DNA of 64,000 nucleotides, from positions 64,001 through 128,000 of the IMG/VR virus record IMGVR_UViG_3300036770_007945. One strand, given 5' to 3'. Every line of letters begins with the position of its first letter. Position 1 is the stretch's first letter. The notes beneath the pieces were generated by a model. That model had not been told where the DNA came from. It saw only the letters and a program-made list of their open reading frames with translations, and searched no databases. This document shows, piece by piece, positions 48,108 to 56,233 of the stretch. Both the position numbers and the translations under genes were made by a program. This DNA comes from a virus. Its lineage: Duplodnaviria; Heunggongvirae; Uroviricota; Caudoviricetes.

Positions 48108-49205
48108 ATGTTCGACATTAAAAATAATCAAAGTTCAGGTCTCTTCCTCAAAGGCGATTTAGGTCTGAGTCGGTTTGATAACCCGCGATATAAATGGTTA
48201 AAAAAGCTTTGGGGAGATCAAGTTGCATACTTTTGGAAACCTGAAGAGATTAATTTAACAAAAGACTCTACCGATTTTAAAAATCTTTTTGAACACGAAA
48301 AAAGAATTTTTTTAAGCAATATCAAATATCAAGTATTATTAGACAGTGTTCAGAGTGTTTCTCCTGGACAGGCGTTGAAGCCTTTCGTTTCTGACGCTAT
48401 GCTTGGTCAGTGGATTACCGCTTGGGAGTTCTTCGAATCTATACATTCTTACTCCTATTCTTATATCATTCAGCAGGTTTTCGGAGATCCTACTCCTGTG
48501 TTTGACAGCATTAACTTAGATGAAGAGATTGTAGCTAGAGCCAACCCTTTAATTAGTTACTATGAAAAGCTAGTGAAATGCTCTTTTGAAATTAAATACG
48601 ATAAGCAGAACAACTTATTATTGACACAAGAGAGAAAGGAAGAGATCATGAAGATTTTATACCTAACCTTGATTAGTGTATATTGTTTAGAAGGAATAAG
48701 ATTTTATTTGAGCTTTGCTTGCTCCTTTATTTTCGCTGAGAATAAAAAAATGGAAGGTAACGCTAAGATTATTACGTTAATTGCAAAAGATGAAGCATTA
48801 CACTTTAATGTGGTTAAACATATAATCAATCTTCTACAAGAAGGTAAAGAAGGAGAGGAGTGGGTTAAAGTAACACAAGCTTGCGCCCAAGAGGTTAAGG
48901 ACTTGTTTAATGCTGTAGAAGAACAGGAGACTAGATGGGCACAATATCTATTCAAAGATGGACCTCTACTTGGCTTTAATCTTGAGGTAGCAAAAGACTA
49001 TTTGAAATATCTGGTTCATGATAGAGCTAGAGAAATAGGGGTCTCTCTTAGTAACAGTAAACCAAAAAACCCGCTGACTTGGATGAGAAGCTATCTAGAC
49101 AGCAGCGTGCGTCAAGTATCTCCTCAGGAAACCGAAATAACTTCTTATCGAGTAGGAGAGATCAATGTCTCTGTGCCTATAGATGATTTAGATCTCGACA
49201 TTTAA
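48108..49205 (+). CDS. nrdB: Ribonucleoside-diphosphate reductase class Ia beta subunit
   Basis: FWKPEEI, LLDSVQ, FESIHSYSY (tyrosyl-radical Tyr), LEGIRFYLSF, DEALH, SPQETEITSY. Confidence 0.97.
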   Translation: MFDIKNNQSSGLFLKGDLGLSRFDNPRYKWLKKLWGDQVAYFWKPEEINLTKDSTDFKNLFEHEKRIFLSNIKYQVLLDSVQSVSPGQALKPFVSDAMLGQWITAWEFFESIHSYSYSYIIQQVFGDPTPVFDSINLDEEIVARANPLISYYEKLVKCSFEIKYDKQNNLLLTQERKEEIMKILYLTLISVYCLEGIRFYLSFACSFIFAENKKMEGNAKIITLIAKDEALHFNVVKHIINLLQEGKEGEEWVKVTQACAQEVKDLFNAVEEQETRWAQYLFKDGPLLGFNLEVAKDYLKYLVHDRAREIGVSLSNSKPKNPLTWMRSYLDSSVRQVSPQETEITSYRVGEINVSVPIDDLDLDI

Positions 49206-49230
49206 ACTCTTTAACTCCAATATGTAATTT

Positions 49231-49758
49231 ATGTTAAAAATAAATAAAAGCTTTTCTGGTAAAAATACAATTAACACAGAATCCTTATCTTTATTACTAA
49301 GTGGGGCCTTAGCTCGTCAATTAGAGAGAGATAAGTTACTAACCTTAGCTTTAAAATGTCATCTTACTCAACACATCCTCCAGAGCTTTGAATGTTCCGT
49401 AGATCCTTTAATTACTGAATTCAATTCTACAGATCTACAAAAACCTCAAGGCTTACAATCCTTAAAAGTAGAAAGACGAATAACCTATAAATATAAGAAT
49501 AGCTACGATTTAGATTATAAAAGGTTGTCCGAAGTGATTTCATCAGGTTTAGATTCAGGTTTAAAAGAGTGGAGTCAGAATTTCAGGCTCGAAGAAAGAC
49601 TTCAAGAAGGACTTCAAGAGAAATCCTTAAAACCCTTTAAAAAGCTCAGCAGAATCTTAGTGTTTCCCCTTTTAGTATCTAAACTTATTAGAGTTGCTAG
49701 AAACTCATTTAAACGTGAGCTTAAACATCCTAACCTTACACCTAACAACTCCCTTTAA
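49231..49758 (+). CDS. Hypothetical protein
   Basis: 175 aa ORF. Confidence 0.5.
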   Translation: MLKINKSFSGKNTINTESLSLLLSGALARQLERDKLLTLALKCHLTQHILQSFECSVDPLITEFNSTDLQKPQGLQSLKVERRITYKYKNSYDLDYKRLSEVISSGLDSGLKEWSQNFRLEERLQEGLQEKSLKPFKKLSRILVFPLLVSKLIRVARNSFKRELKHPNLTPNNSL

Positions 49759-49793
49759 TTTTAATATAATTAATAAAGAACTTACTAGAGAAC

Positions 49794-50369
49794 ATGACTA
49801 TACCAAATCAATATTTTGAAGCAATTTTTTCTTCCTCTTTGGGAGAAATAAGTTCAAGCAAGAAAGAACTTTTTTATAAAAAATATGATGAATTTAAAAG
49901 CACAACTCCTTTTGACATAGCGCGATTTGCAAGAGAGTTGGGTATTAATCTTTTTGGATCAAAAGATTTTAAGGATTCTCAAAGTGGTAAGATAGAATAT
50001 GATGCGGTCACAAAGAACTACAGTATATACATAAACGCCAATCATTCTATGAATAGAATTATTTTTACTTTAGCTCACGAAATAGGGCATTTTTTCTGTG
50101 ACCAAGACTATTTAGAAAAAAATTCATTTATCTTAGAAGATCAGAAAATAATTAATTCTCTTGGGCGAGACTCTGCGGTAGTCGATGAAGATATTATTAG
50201 AAGGGAGGTAAGGGCAAATAAATTTGCAGCGGAACTTTTGGTGCCTACAGAAAAATTTAAAGAAGGTTGGAAAAGTGGAAAAACAATCGAAGAGATTGCA
50301 AAAACATATGGAGTCTCGCAAGAAACAATAAAATATAGAGCGGCTAATGTGCTAGGAGTTATTCTATGA
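49794..50369 (+). CDS. ImmA/IrrE-family metallopeptidase
   Basis: IYINANHS..RIIFTLAHEIGH, EVRANKFAAELLVP, C-terminal HTH-like IAKTYGVS. Confidence 0.9.
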   Translation: MTIPNQYFEAIFSSSLGEISSSKKELFYKKYDEFKSTTPFDIARFARELGINLFGSKDFKDSQSGKIEYDAVTKNYSIYINANHSMNRIIFTLAHEIGHFFCDQDYLEKNSFILEDQKIINSLGRDSAVVDEDIIRREVRANKFAAELLVPTEKFKEGWKSGKTIEEIAKTYGVSQETIKYRAANVLGVIL

Positions 50370-50677
50370 ACACTAGTCTAAATAGCTTTAAAGTAGATAC
50401 GCTAGATGATCTAAAAAAACATAAAGATATATCGAATCATCAGCTTTTAGAAAAAGTCAAAAATTGCGCTGTAAATGTTTTAAGATTTGGTATGTGGACG
50501 ATTTCTATCGCTTTCACAATTTATATTGTTCGGTTTTTATATCTAACATCCTTCACAGATAACGAGGCAATGATAACAAGAATGCAGGATATAATTGTTA
50601 AAGTGTCTGGTTGGGCACTTTTTGTATTAAGCCAAGCAGGTCTTATAAAGAGAGATGGTAAAAATGAAGAAAAATAG
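50366..50677 (+). CDS. Two-TM membrane protein coupled to the ImmA/IrrE gene
   Basis: ATGA overlap; two hydrophobic segments. Confidence 0.6.
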   Translation: MNTSLNSFKVDTLDDLKKHKDISNHQLLEKVKNCAVNVLRFGMWTISIAFTIYIVRFLYLTSFTDNEAMITRMQDIIVKVSGWALFVLSQAGLIKRDGKNEEK

Positions 50678-50813
50678 CAAAACCAAACAGCCTAAAAAAT
50701 CTCAACACGATCTCTTTAAAGAGACAACTAAAGAGCATGGCTGCAACGAAAATTTCGACCTAAAAAAAGCTATTAAAAAAATCTCAAAAGTCGAAATGAT
50801 TTTTAATTTTTAG
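50664..50813 (+). CDS. Small basic protein (49 aa, hand-called)
   Basis: MKKNSKTKQPKKSQHDLFKETTKEHGCNENFD..., overlapping the previous gene. Confidence 0.4.
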   Translation: MKKNSKTKQPKKSQHDLFKETTKEHGCNENFDLKKAIKKISKVEMIFNF

Positions 50814-50856
50814 TAATGTCAAGTATATAAACGCGATTAATTTTAGTTTCCCCTTT

Positions 50857-51324
50857 ATGAACAAGAAACATATAAAACTTCAAAGCAATCAGAAAAAAGC
50901 GTCTTCTAAAGAAAAGACCTCTAAAGCTAAGACTCGGAAAAAGTTTGTAGTTAGCGAAAAAGAAAACTCTTTATCTAAAACACCTCTTAAGACATCTCAA
51001 CTACCTGATAATGTTATACAATTCCCTACAGACCGGATCAAACCTTTAGTGACTATTTCGCCTGAAAAAAGTAAAGTTGCTCTTGAAGATGAAGAGTTAG
51101 AATTTTGTATTAAGCAATTAGTGTTAACAGAGAATCTTGCTAATCATATAAGAAATTTGATAGAGGAATTGACTTACGCTTATGAAAACTCGCTGTTAAG
51201 GGACTCATTGATTCTAACAAAGGAATTTCCGGTAGTTAAGGTTAAAGAAGGAAGAAAACCAGAGAAAATCGAAGATTTTGACGTCAAACCTTTTATTTTA
51301 TCTCTGCGAGTAGAACGCAAATAA
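50857..51324 (+). CDS. Hypothetical protein
   Basis: 155 aa ORF, Lys-rich N-terminus. Confidence 0.55.
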   Translation: MNKKHIKLQSNQKKASSKEKTSKAKTRKKFVVSEKENSLSKTPLKTSQLPDNVIQFPTDRIKPLVTISPEKSKVALEDEELEFCIKQLVLTENLANHIRNLIEELTYAYENSLLRDSLILTKEFPVVKVKEGRKPEKIEDFDVKPFILSLRVERK

Positions 51325-51369
51325 CTTTATTTATTTACTTATTTATTACTAACAATTAAAAAAAATAAT

Positions 51370-51690
51370 ATGTCATCTGAAATAAACTATACTACTATCA
51401 AAACTGCAGCCATCACAACCTTGAAAAGGGCTATTACTATACAAGATAAAATAAACAGTCTTCTGATGTCTTTTTGGGTCAAGCTTTTAGATCAGCAGAA
51501 AGATAATCGCATCACTAGAGGTTTAAAAATTTTAATTAAGAATTCCGCAACAGCCCTCTTTCTAAATACCTTACTTTTTGCTGCTATCGGCCATATCTTT
51601 GGAGGTTTAATAAACAATATATTATTCTATGCTAGCGCGTTGAATATTATAGTTTTCCTAGCTCGTATCTTGAAATGGGAGGATAAGTAA
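51370..51690 (+). CDS. Small membrane protein
   Basis: Two C-terminal hydrophobic segments. Confidence 0.55.
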   Translation: MSSEINYTTIKTAAITTLKRAITIQDKINSLLMSFWVKLLDQQKDNRITRGLKILIKNSATALFLNTLLFAAIGHIFGGLINNILFYASALNIIVFLARILKWEDK

Positions 51691-51854
51691 TGAAGTTTAT
51701 TCTTATAGGCGGCATAATAGTAATAACTTTAGTTTCTATTGGAGTTAAGAAAGAGTTGGAGAGTTTTTCAGCCTCCTCTAGTCGTGAAAACTTGAAAGCG
51801 AAAAGAGTTCTCGAAGAGCTACAAAAAGATCTCAAGAAAAACCTCAATAATTAG

Positions 51855-51882
51855 TTGACTTTTAAAATTACCGCTTCATAAT
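51855..51882 (+). promoter_or_regulatory. Sigma70-like promoter
   Basis: TTGACT-N16-CATAAT upstream of 51920. Confidence 0.45.
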
Positions 51883-51919
51883 AAGAGATAATTTATTTTT
51901 TAAATCAATCTACTAAATT

Positions 51920-52177
51920 ATGAACAAAAGTCAAAGAATATCATTTATAATAAAAGTTGTCTTACTGTTACTATCTCTAATAGTTTCGTCAATCATTTAT
52001 AAACAGCAAACAGAGATCTCTCGCTTAAATATCTTGCTCGATGGATGCCCTGCAGTAAAAGAGTTACGAGACTTTGATGTAGAATTCGTAGACGACTCTG
52101 CCGACGCTGAAGTAGACTATCTTTATCAGAATTATGATACAAAGTCTGATAAAGATTTCGGAAGTAATGAAAATTAA
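51920..52177 (+). CDS. Small single-TM protein
   Basis: N-terminal hydrophobic helix and acidic tail. Confidence 0.55.
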   Translation: MNKSQRISFIIKVVLLLLSLIVSSIIYKQQTEISRLNILLDGCPAVKELRDFDVEFVDDSADAEVDYLYQNYDTKSDKDFGSNEN

Positions 52178-52696
52178 AAGTAACAAATAATGACTAAAGA
52201 ACTATTAAAATTTATTCTGTTAATAATTATGTTTAGTTATCTTCTACATATGTTGTATTTTAAAAATAGATATATAGAAGAGCCTTACACTATTAGATAT
52301 CCAGCGGAATTTAAAAAGAACCTTACTAATTAATATTTATATTTATGAAAGAGACGTTGATACTATATTTATTTGCCTTATGCTGTTTCGGTTTTATCTT
52401 GTATTGGGCTCCCCTTCTAAGTTATATCTTTTTAACTTTAGGGATTTTACTGGTTTCCGGGATACTTGTAAATGCGTTGCGAGAGCTTTATACTTACTTC
52501 AAAGAGTCCGATTAATTTTAAAATAGTGGTAGCTTTACTTACAGTAGTATAGATTTATTTATTACCTATTAGATAAAATACCTAATTAAACTAGGATATA
52601 AAATATTGTTGATTAATTTATTAAAATTTTTAAATATCATAGGATTTTTCAACGATATTACTATTAATATTATTTATAACGTAAAGCTCTTCTCCC

Positions 52697-53566
52697 ATGT
52701 TAAATAAAATACTTTCTTTCTTAGTAGCTTCTGTTTTTGTTAGTCACCTCTTTTTAACGGATAATGCCTTAGCATTTAAACTTAGTGGGGTGTCTCCCTC
52801 ACAACCCGCAAGTTATTGTCTGTATGAGATTTATAATCTACGTCTAAATAGTGGCCAAAAAAGATTTCAAGATAAAGTCATTTCGGATTGTAGAAAAGCT
52901 TATATGAGTTACTTCGATACGGAAGCGAGGATTCCTTTAGTAGTCTATTACAAGGTAGATAAAAACAAAGTATTAGGTTGTGCAAAAAGGGCTGAAAGTT
53001 TTCGAGCAAATCCTTACATTAATTCATCAGTAGACCCTTCAATCTATAAGAAATCTGGCTTTGATAAAGGTCATATGGCTCCCAGCAGTGATATGGCTTG
53101 GAGTTTGGAAATAGAGGAAGAGTCATACTTAACAACAAACATTGTTCCGCAGCTTCCGAACTTCAATAGAGGTTTATGGAGAAGCTTGGAAAGTGCCATT
53201 AGAAACCACATAATAACTTCTAACGAAGACTTTATAGTCATCGTTGGAAGCTTATACAATAAAGAATCTAAGCTCCTGAAAAATAAAGTAGTAATCCCTG
53301 ATGCTTTTTTCAAAATACTGATTAACGAAGACAAAAAAACTATACGTGCGTGGAAAATACAGCACAAAGCCTTTCTAGAAGAAGTTGTCGAAGAACACTC
53401 GCTAAATAACTATAGAGTAACTATCAACGACCTACAGCGAAATATCTACGAACTTCAAGGCTACAGACTAGCAATACCTCCTACTTATCAGGAGGAAGGT
53501 TTAATGGTAGGTTTACAGGGAAGCACCTCTTTTTATAATAAAACGAAGCAGCAGAAATGCCATTAA
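52697..53566 (+). CDS. DNA/RNA non-specific endonuclease (NucA/EndoG family) with signal peptide
   Basis: Hydrophobic N-terminus ending NALA; GFDKGHMAP, TNIVPQ..NFNRGLW..LE, IPDAFFKI. Confidence 0.9.
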   Translation: MLNKILSFLVASVFVSHLFLTDNALAFKLSGVSPSQPASYCLYEIYNLRLNSGQKRFQDKVISDCRKAYMSYFDTEARIPLVVYYKVDKNKVLGCAKRAESFRANPYINSSVDPSIYKKSGFDKGHMAPSSDMAWSLEIEEESYLTTNIVPQLPNFNRGLWRSLESAIRNHIITSNEDFIVIVGSLYNKESKLLKNKVVIPDAFFKILINEDKKTIRAWKIQHKAFLEEVVEEHSLNNYRVTINDLQRNIYELQGYRLAIPPTYQEEGLMVGLQGSTSFYNKTKQQKCH

Positions 53567-53627
53567 TGTTTAGTAGATAGAAAGCCAGAAATTTAAAATT
53601 TAAACTTTATTTATAGTATTTTAGTTT

Positions 53628-54014
53628 ATGATTCTAATCTTAGAAGATTCCATAGTTAATTTAATGACCTTTATAAGAGCCTTTACCTTGAGATATAAGG
53701 ATCTAGTAGTGTTAGGAGTGAGAACTCCTACTGATGCAATAAAAGCAGTAGAGGAAAACGCTGATAAACTAAGAGGTGTATTGATAGACTACCACCTTAA
53801 TATGCCTGATTATAGAGGGAGTGATTTTGCATCTTATCTAGACAACAATTATCCTGAGTTGCCTTACGTCTTCGCCTCATCGCATAGTGATTTACCTCTT
53901 GCAGGGGTCAAACATACTTTAAACATAGGGAAAACTTTGAATGATAGCTTTTTTTCTCACGTTGAATCTTGGCTTGTTGTGAAAGAAACACAAGAAAATT
54001 CTGAGAAGAGTTAA
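53628..54014 (+). CDS. Second stand-alone receiver domain
   Basis: ILILEDS, GVLIDYHL (phospho-Asp), FASS, IGK. Confidence 0.75.
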   Translation: MILILEDSIVNLMTFIRAFTLRYKDLVVLGVRTPTDAIKAVEENADKLRGVLIDYHLNMPDYRGSDFASYLDNNYPELPYVFASSHSDLPLAGVKHTLNIGKTLNDSFFSHVESWLVVKETQENSEKS

Positions 54015-54823
54015 TCAGCCTTTTTCTGAGCCCCGAATAGCTTTTTTCTTTTAGGGTAATATCGTGTCGGATTCGCTCCAGAGTTTAAAACTCCTGGTGA
54101 AGTTAGATAGTCTAGGTTATCTTTAAAGAAAGGAATCACTTCTTGTTTAATTTGTTGAACACGCGATTGTAAACGTTTAAGGTAAGCAAGTAAGGTTTGA
54201 GCGTAGATTGCAAGATATCGGACATTACCTTCGTAAATATCGAAACCATAATACATCAAGATTTCTAAAGATTTAAGAGTATTTTTTTCAACAATAGTTA
54301 AATGTTCAGGGTGATGAATTAAATCTACTAATTCCTCAAAAGGTCTTAACATTTCTTCGGCATCAATAACAAACCACCCAAATTTATCACCTTTATTAGT
54401 AATTTTAGGATTGCTTGCACTAAATAGATTTCTTGAGGTTTCCCAAATTGAAGTAGCTTCTTGTAAGAAGTCTGAAGCCTTAAGGTTGATGAATGCCTGC
54501 CAAGCTTTCTCTAGAGTATCGGCGTCGAATTCAATAGAATCTACCTGCCTCGGATTAAAATTTTTAATTTTTTGGTCAATAGCAAACCAACGCTTACCGT
54601 CGTAAGACTTACAATTACTTTCTATAAATAAAACAGCTTCTTTTATACATTTAAAATCCTTAATCCAGTTAGGAGCCTTGAGTGAGTATAAGGAGATTGA
54701 TTCAGGATCATTCTGCAATGCGTTAGGAGATAAATCTCTAGCCAGTTCTTTTAAGATGGCTTGACGTGTTGACGCTTTGAGGTCAGAAATTTTTATAATC
54801 TTGGACATGGATTTATTTGGCAT
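54011..54823 (-). CDS. Leader-family protein B (paralog of 28288..28962)
   Basis: MSKIIKISDLKASTRQAILKEL leader; GWFVID...LRPF core. Confidence 0.6.
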   Translation of the reverse strand: MPNKSMSKIIKISDLKASTRQAILKELARDLSPNALQNDPESISLYSLKAPNWIKDFKCIKEAVLFIESNCKSYDGKRWFAIDQKIKNFNPRQVDSIEFDADTLEKAWQAFINLKASDFLQEATSIWETSRNLFSASNPKITNKGDKFGWFVIDAEEMLRPFEELVDLIHHPEHLTIVEKNTLKSLEILMYYGFDIYEGNVRYLAIYAQTLLAYLKRLQSRVQQIKQEVIPFFKDNLDYLTSPGVLNSGANPTRYYPKRKKLFGAQKKAD

Positions 54824-54884
54824 TAGTTTAGCAAAAACTTGTTTAAAAATTAGAAAGCTTAGACAATATCTAATTTATGTGGTA

Positions 54885-55664
54885 TTAAATAGTAATTAAA
54901 ACTCCTTTAGGATCAAAACCCTTATTTACTTGGTGTAGGTGATAACCATAAGGATTGGAAACGATTATAAGTTGATCTCCTAAAGACCTATAATCAGATT
55001 CGTGGGTGTGTCCATAAAACCACAAGGAGTTAGTAGGCAATTCGTAGAACAAATCCTGTATTCCTGTTGCACAAAAGGCAGATGTGAAATCCGAGACAGG
55101 AAAAATGGAATCTGGATTGATTATCGGTGAGTAGTGCGTGATAACAACTACAGGTTTGTTTTTATCAGAAGATTGGAGGAAAGAGGAGAGTTTATCTCGA
55201 AAAACCCAATATAGGTTATATTGATCATGCACAGACATCTTATATGTAGCGGAAGCTTGTATCTTTTTAAAATCATTAATACTACCTTGAATACGTTGCA
55301 TTATTACAGGGTTGCCTTTTTGAAAATCTGTCCACATAGTGCCCCCAAAAAACGTAACCCCTTCAATAGTAATGCTTTCGTTATCAAGAAAATAGATTTG
55401 AGGTAAATGTTTATAGATAAAATCTCGGAATTTTTGATTACTATCCGCGATTGACTCTCTATTATTATAATATTCATGATTTCCTGCAACAAACAAGATA
55501 GGTTTATCCCAAGTTTTAACAAGATTTAAGAGGGCTTCTGGATACTCAAAAGAGATAATATCTCCCGCAAGTATTAAAATATCAGCAGCCTTTTGAGTAT
55601 CCTTCGGAATCGCGAAAGGGTTGTTAAACTCTAAATGTAGATCACTGTATAGTGCACAAATCAT
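54885..55664 (-). CDS. Calcineurin-like metallophosphoesterase
   Basis: SDLHLEF, AGDI, AGNHEYY, THYSP, GHTH. Confidence 0.9.
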   Translation of the reverse strand: MICALYSDLHLEFNNPFAIPKDTQKAADILILAGDIISFEYPEALLNLVKTWDKPILFVAGNHEYYNNRESIADSNQKFRDFIYKHLPQIYFLDNESITIEGVTFFGGTMWTDFQKGNPVIMQRIQGSINDFKKIQASATYKMSVHDQYNLYWVFRDKLSSFLQSSDKNKPVVVITHYSPIINPDSIFPVSDFTSAFCATGIQDLFYELPTNSLWFYGHTHESDYRSLGDQLIIVSNPYGYHLHQVNKGFDPKGVLITI

Positions 55665-55699
55665 AAACGATGCTTAAAATATTTAAAAGTAAAACAATT

Positions 55700-55764
55700 A
55701 TTTTAGTTTTTCTTTCTCTAAAAAGCAATAAGAAGTTGCTTTCAATTTTCATATACTTTATTAT
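55700..55764. promoter_or_regulatory. Back-to-back divergent sigma70-like promoters
   Basis: Minus strand TTGCTT-N17-TAAAAT (55728->55700); plus strand TTGCTT-N17-TATTAT (55736->55764). Confidence 0.6.
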
Positions 55765-55799
55765 AAAAACATTATATAAATCTTAATAAGCGAACGTTT

Positions 55800-56228
55800 A
55801 TGCCTCTTGAGAATCAACTCAACTCGTGGTTACATAAAAATAAGAATACCTGTAGATACAGAGTCTGTTATGCGCAAGGCTGTTTCTTATTCTTTACCGA
55901 TATAGGAGAACTACAGAATTTATCTGGAGATTTTTGGGAAGAATCAGACTGGAACTTTTACGCAACACAACCTTTAAGATATTGTGAAGGACTTCAAATA
56001 AAATTATTACAGGATACCGATTTTTTAATAGTAGCCGTGAAAAACCAAAATTTTCAAGTTAACCTTCGACCTGATATCACTTTCAAAGATATTCTTAAGA
56101 AAGATCACCCTTTATTCTTTTATCAGGGTCAAGGTATATACGTAGGAGAGTGTCTAGAAAGTATTCTTTCTCTCCCAGAGATAAGTATTTATATAAATAT
56201 GTGGGATTTAAAAGCTATTAATAATTAA
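55800..56228 (+). CDS. Hypothetical protein
   Basis: 142 aa ORF. Confidence 0.55.
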   Translation: MPLENQLNSWLHKNKNTCRYRVCYAQGCFLFFTDIGELQNLSGDFWEESDWNFYATQPLRYCEGLQIKLLQDTDFLIVAVKNQNFQVNLRPDITFKDILKKDHPLFFYQGQGIYVGECLESILSLPEISIYINMWDLKAINN

Positions 56229-56233
56229 CTAAA

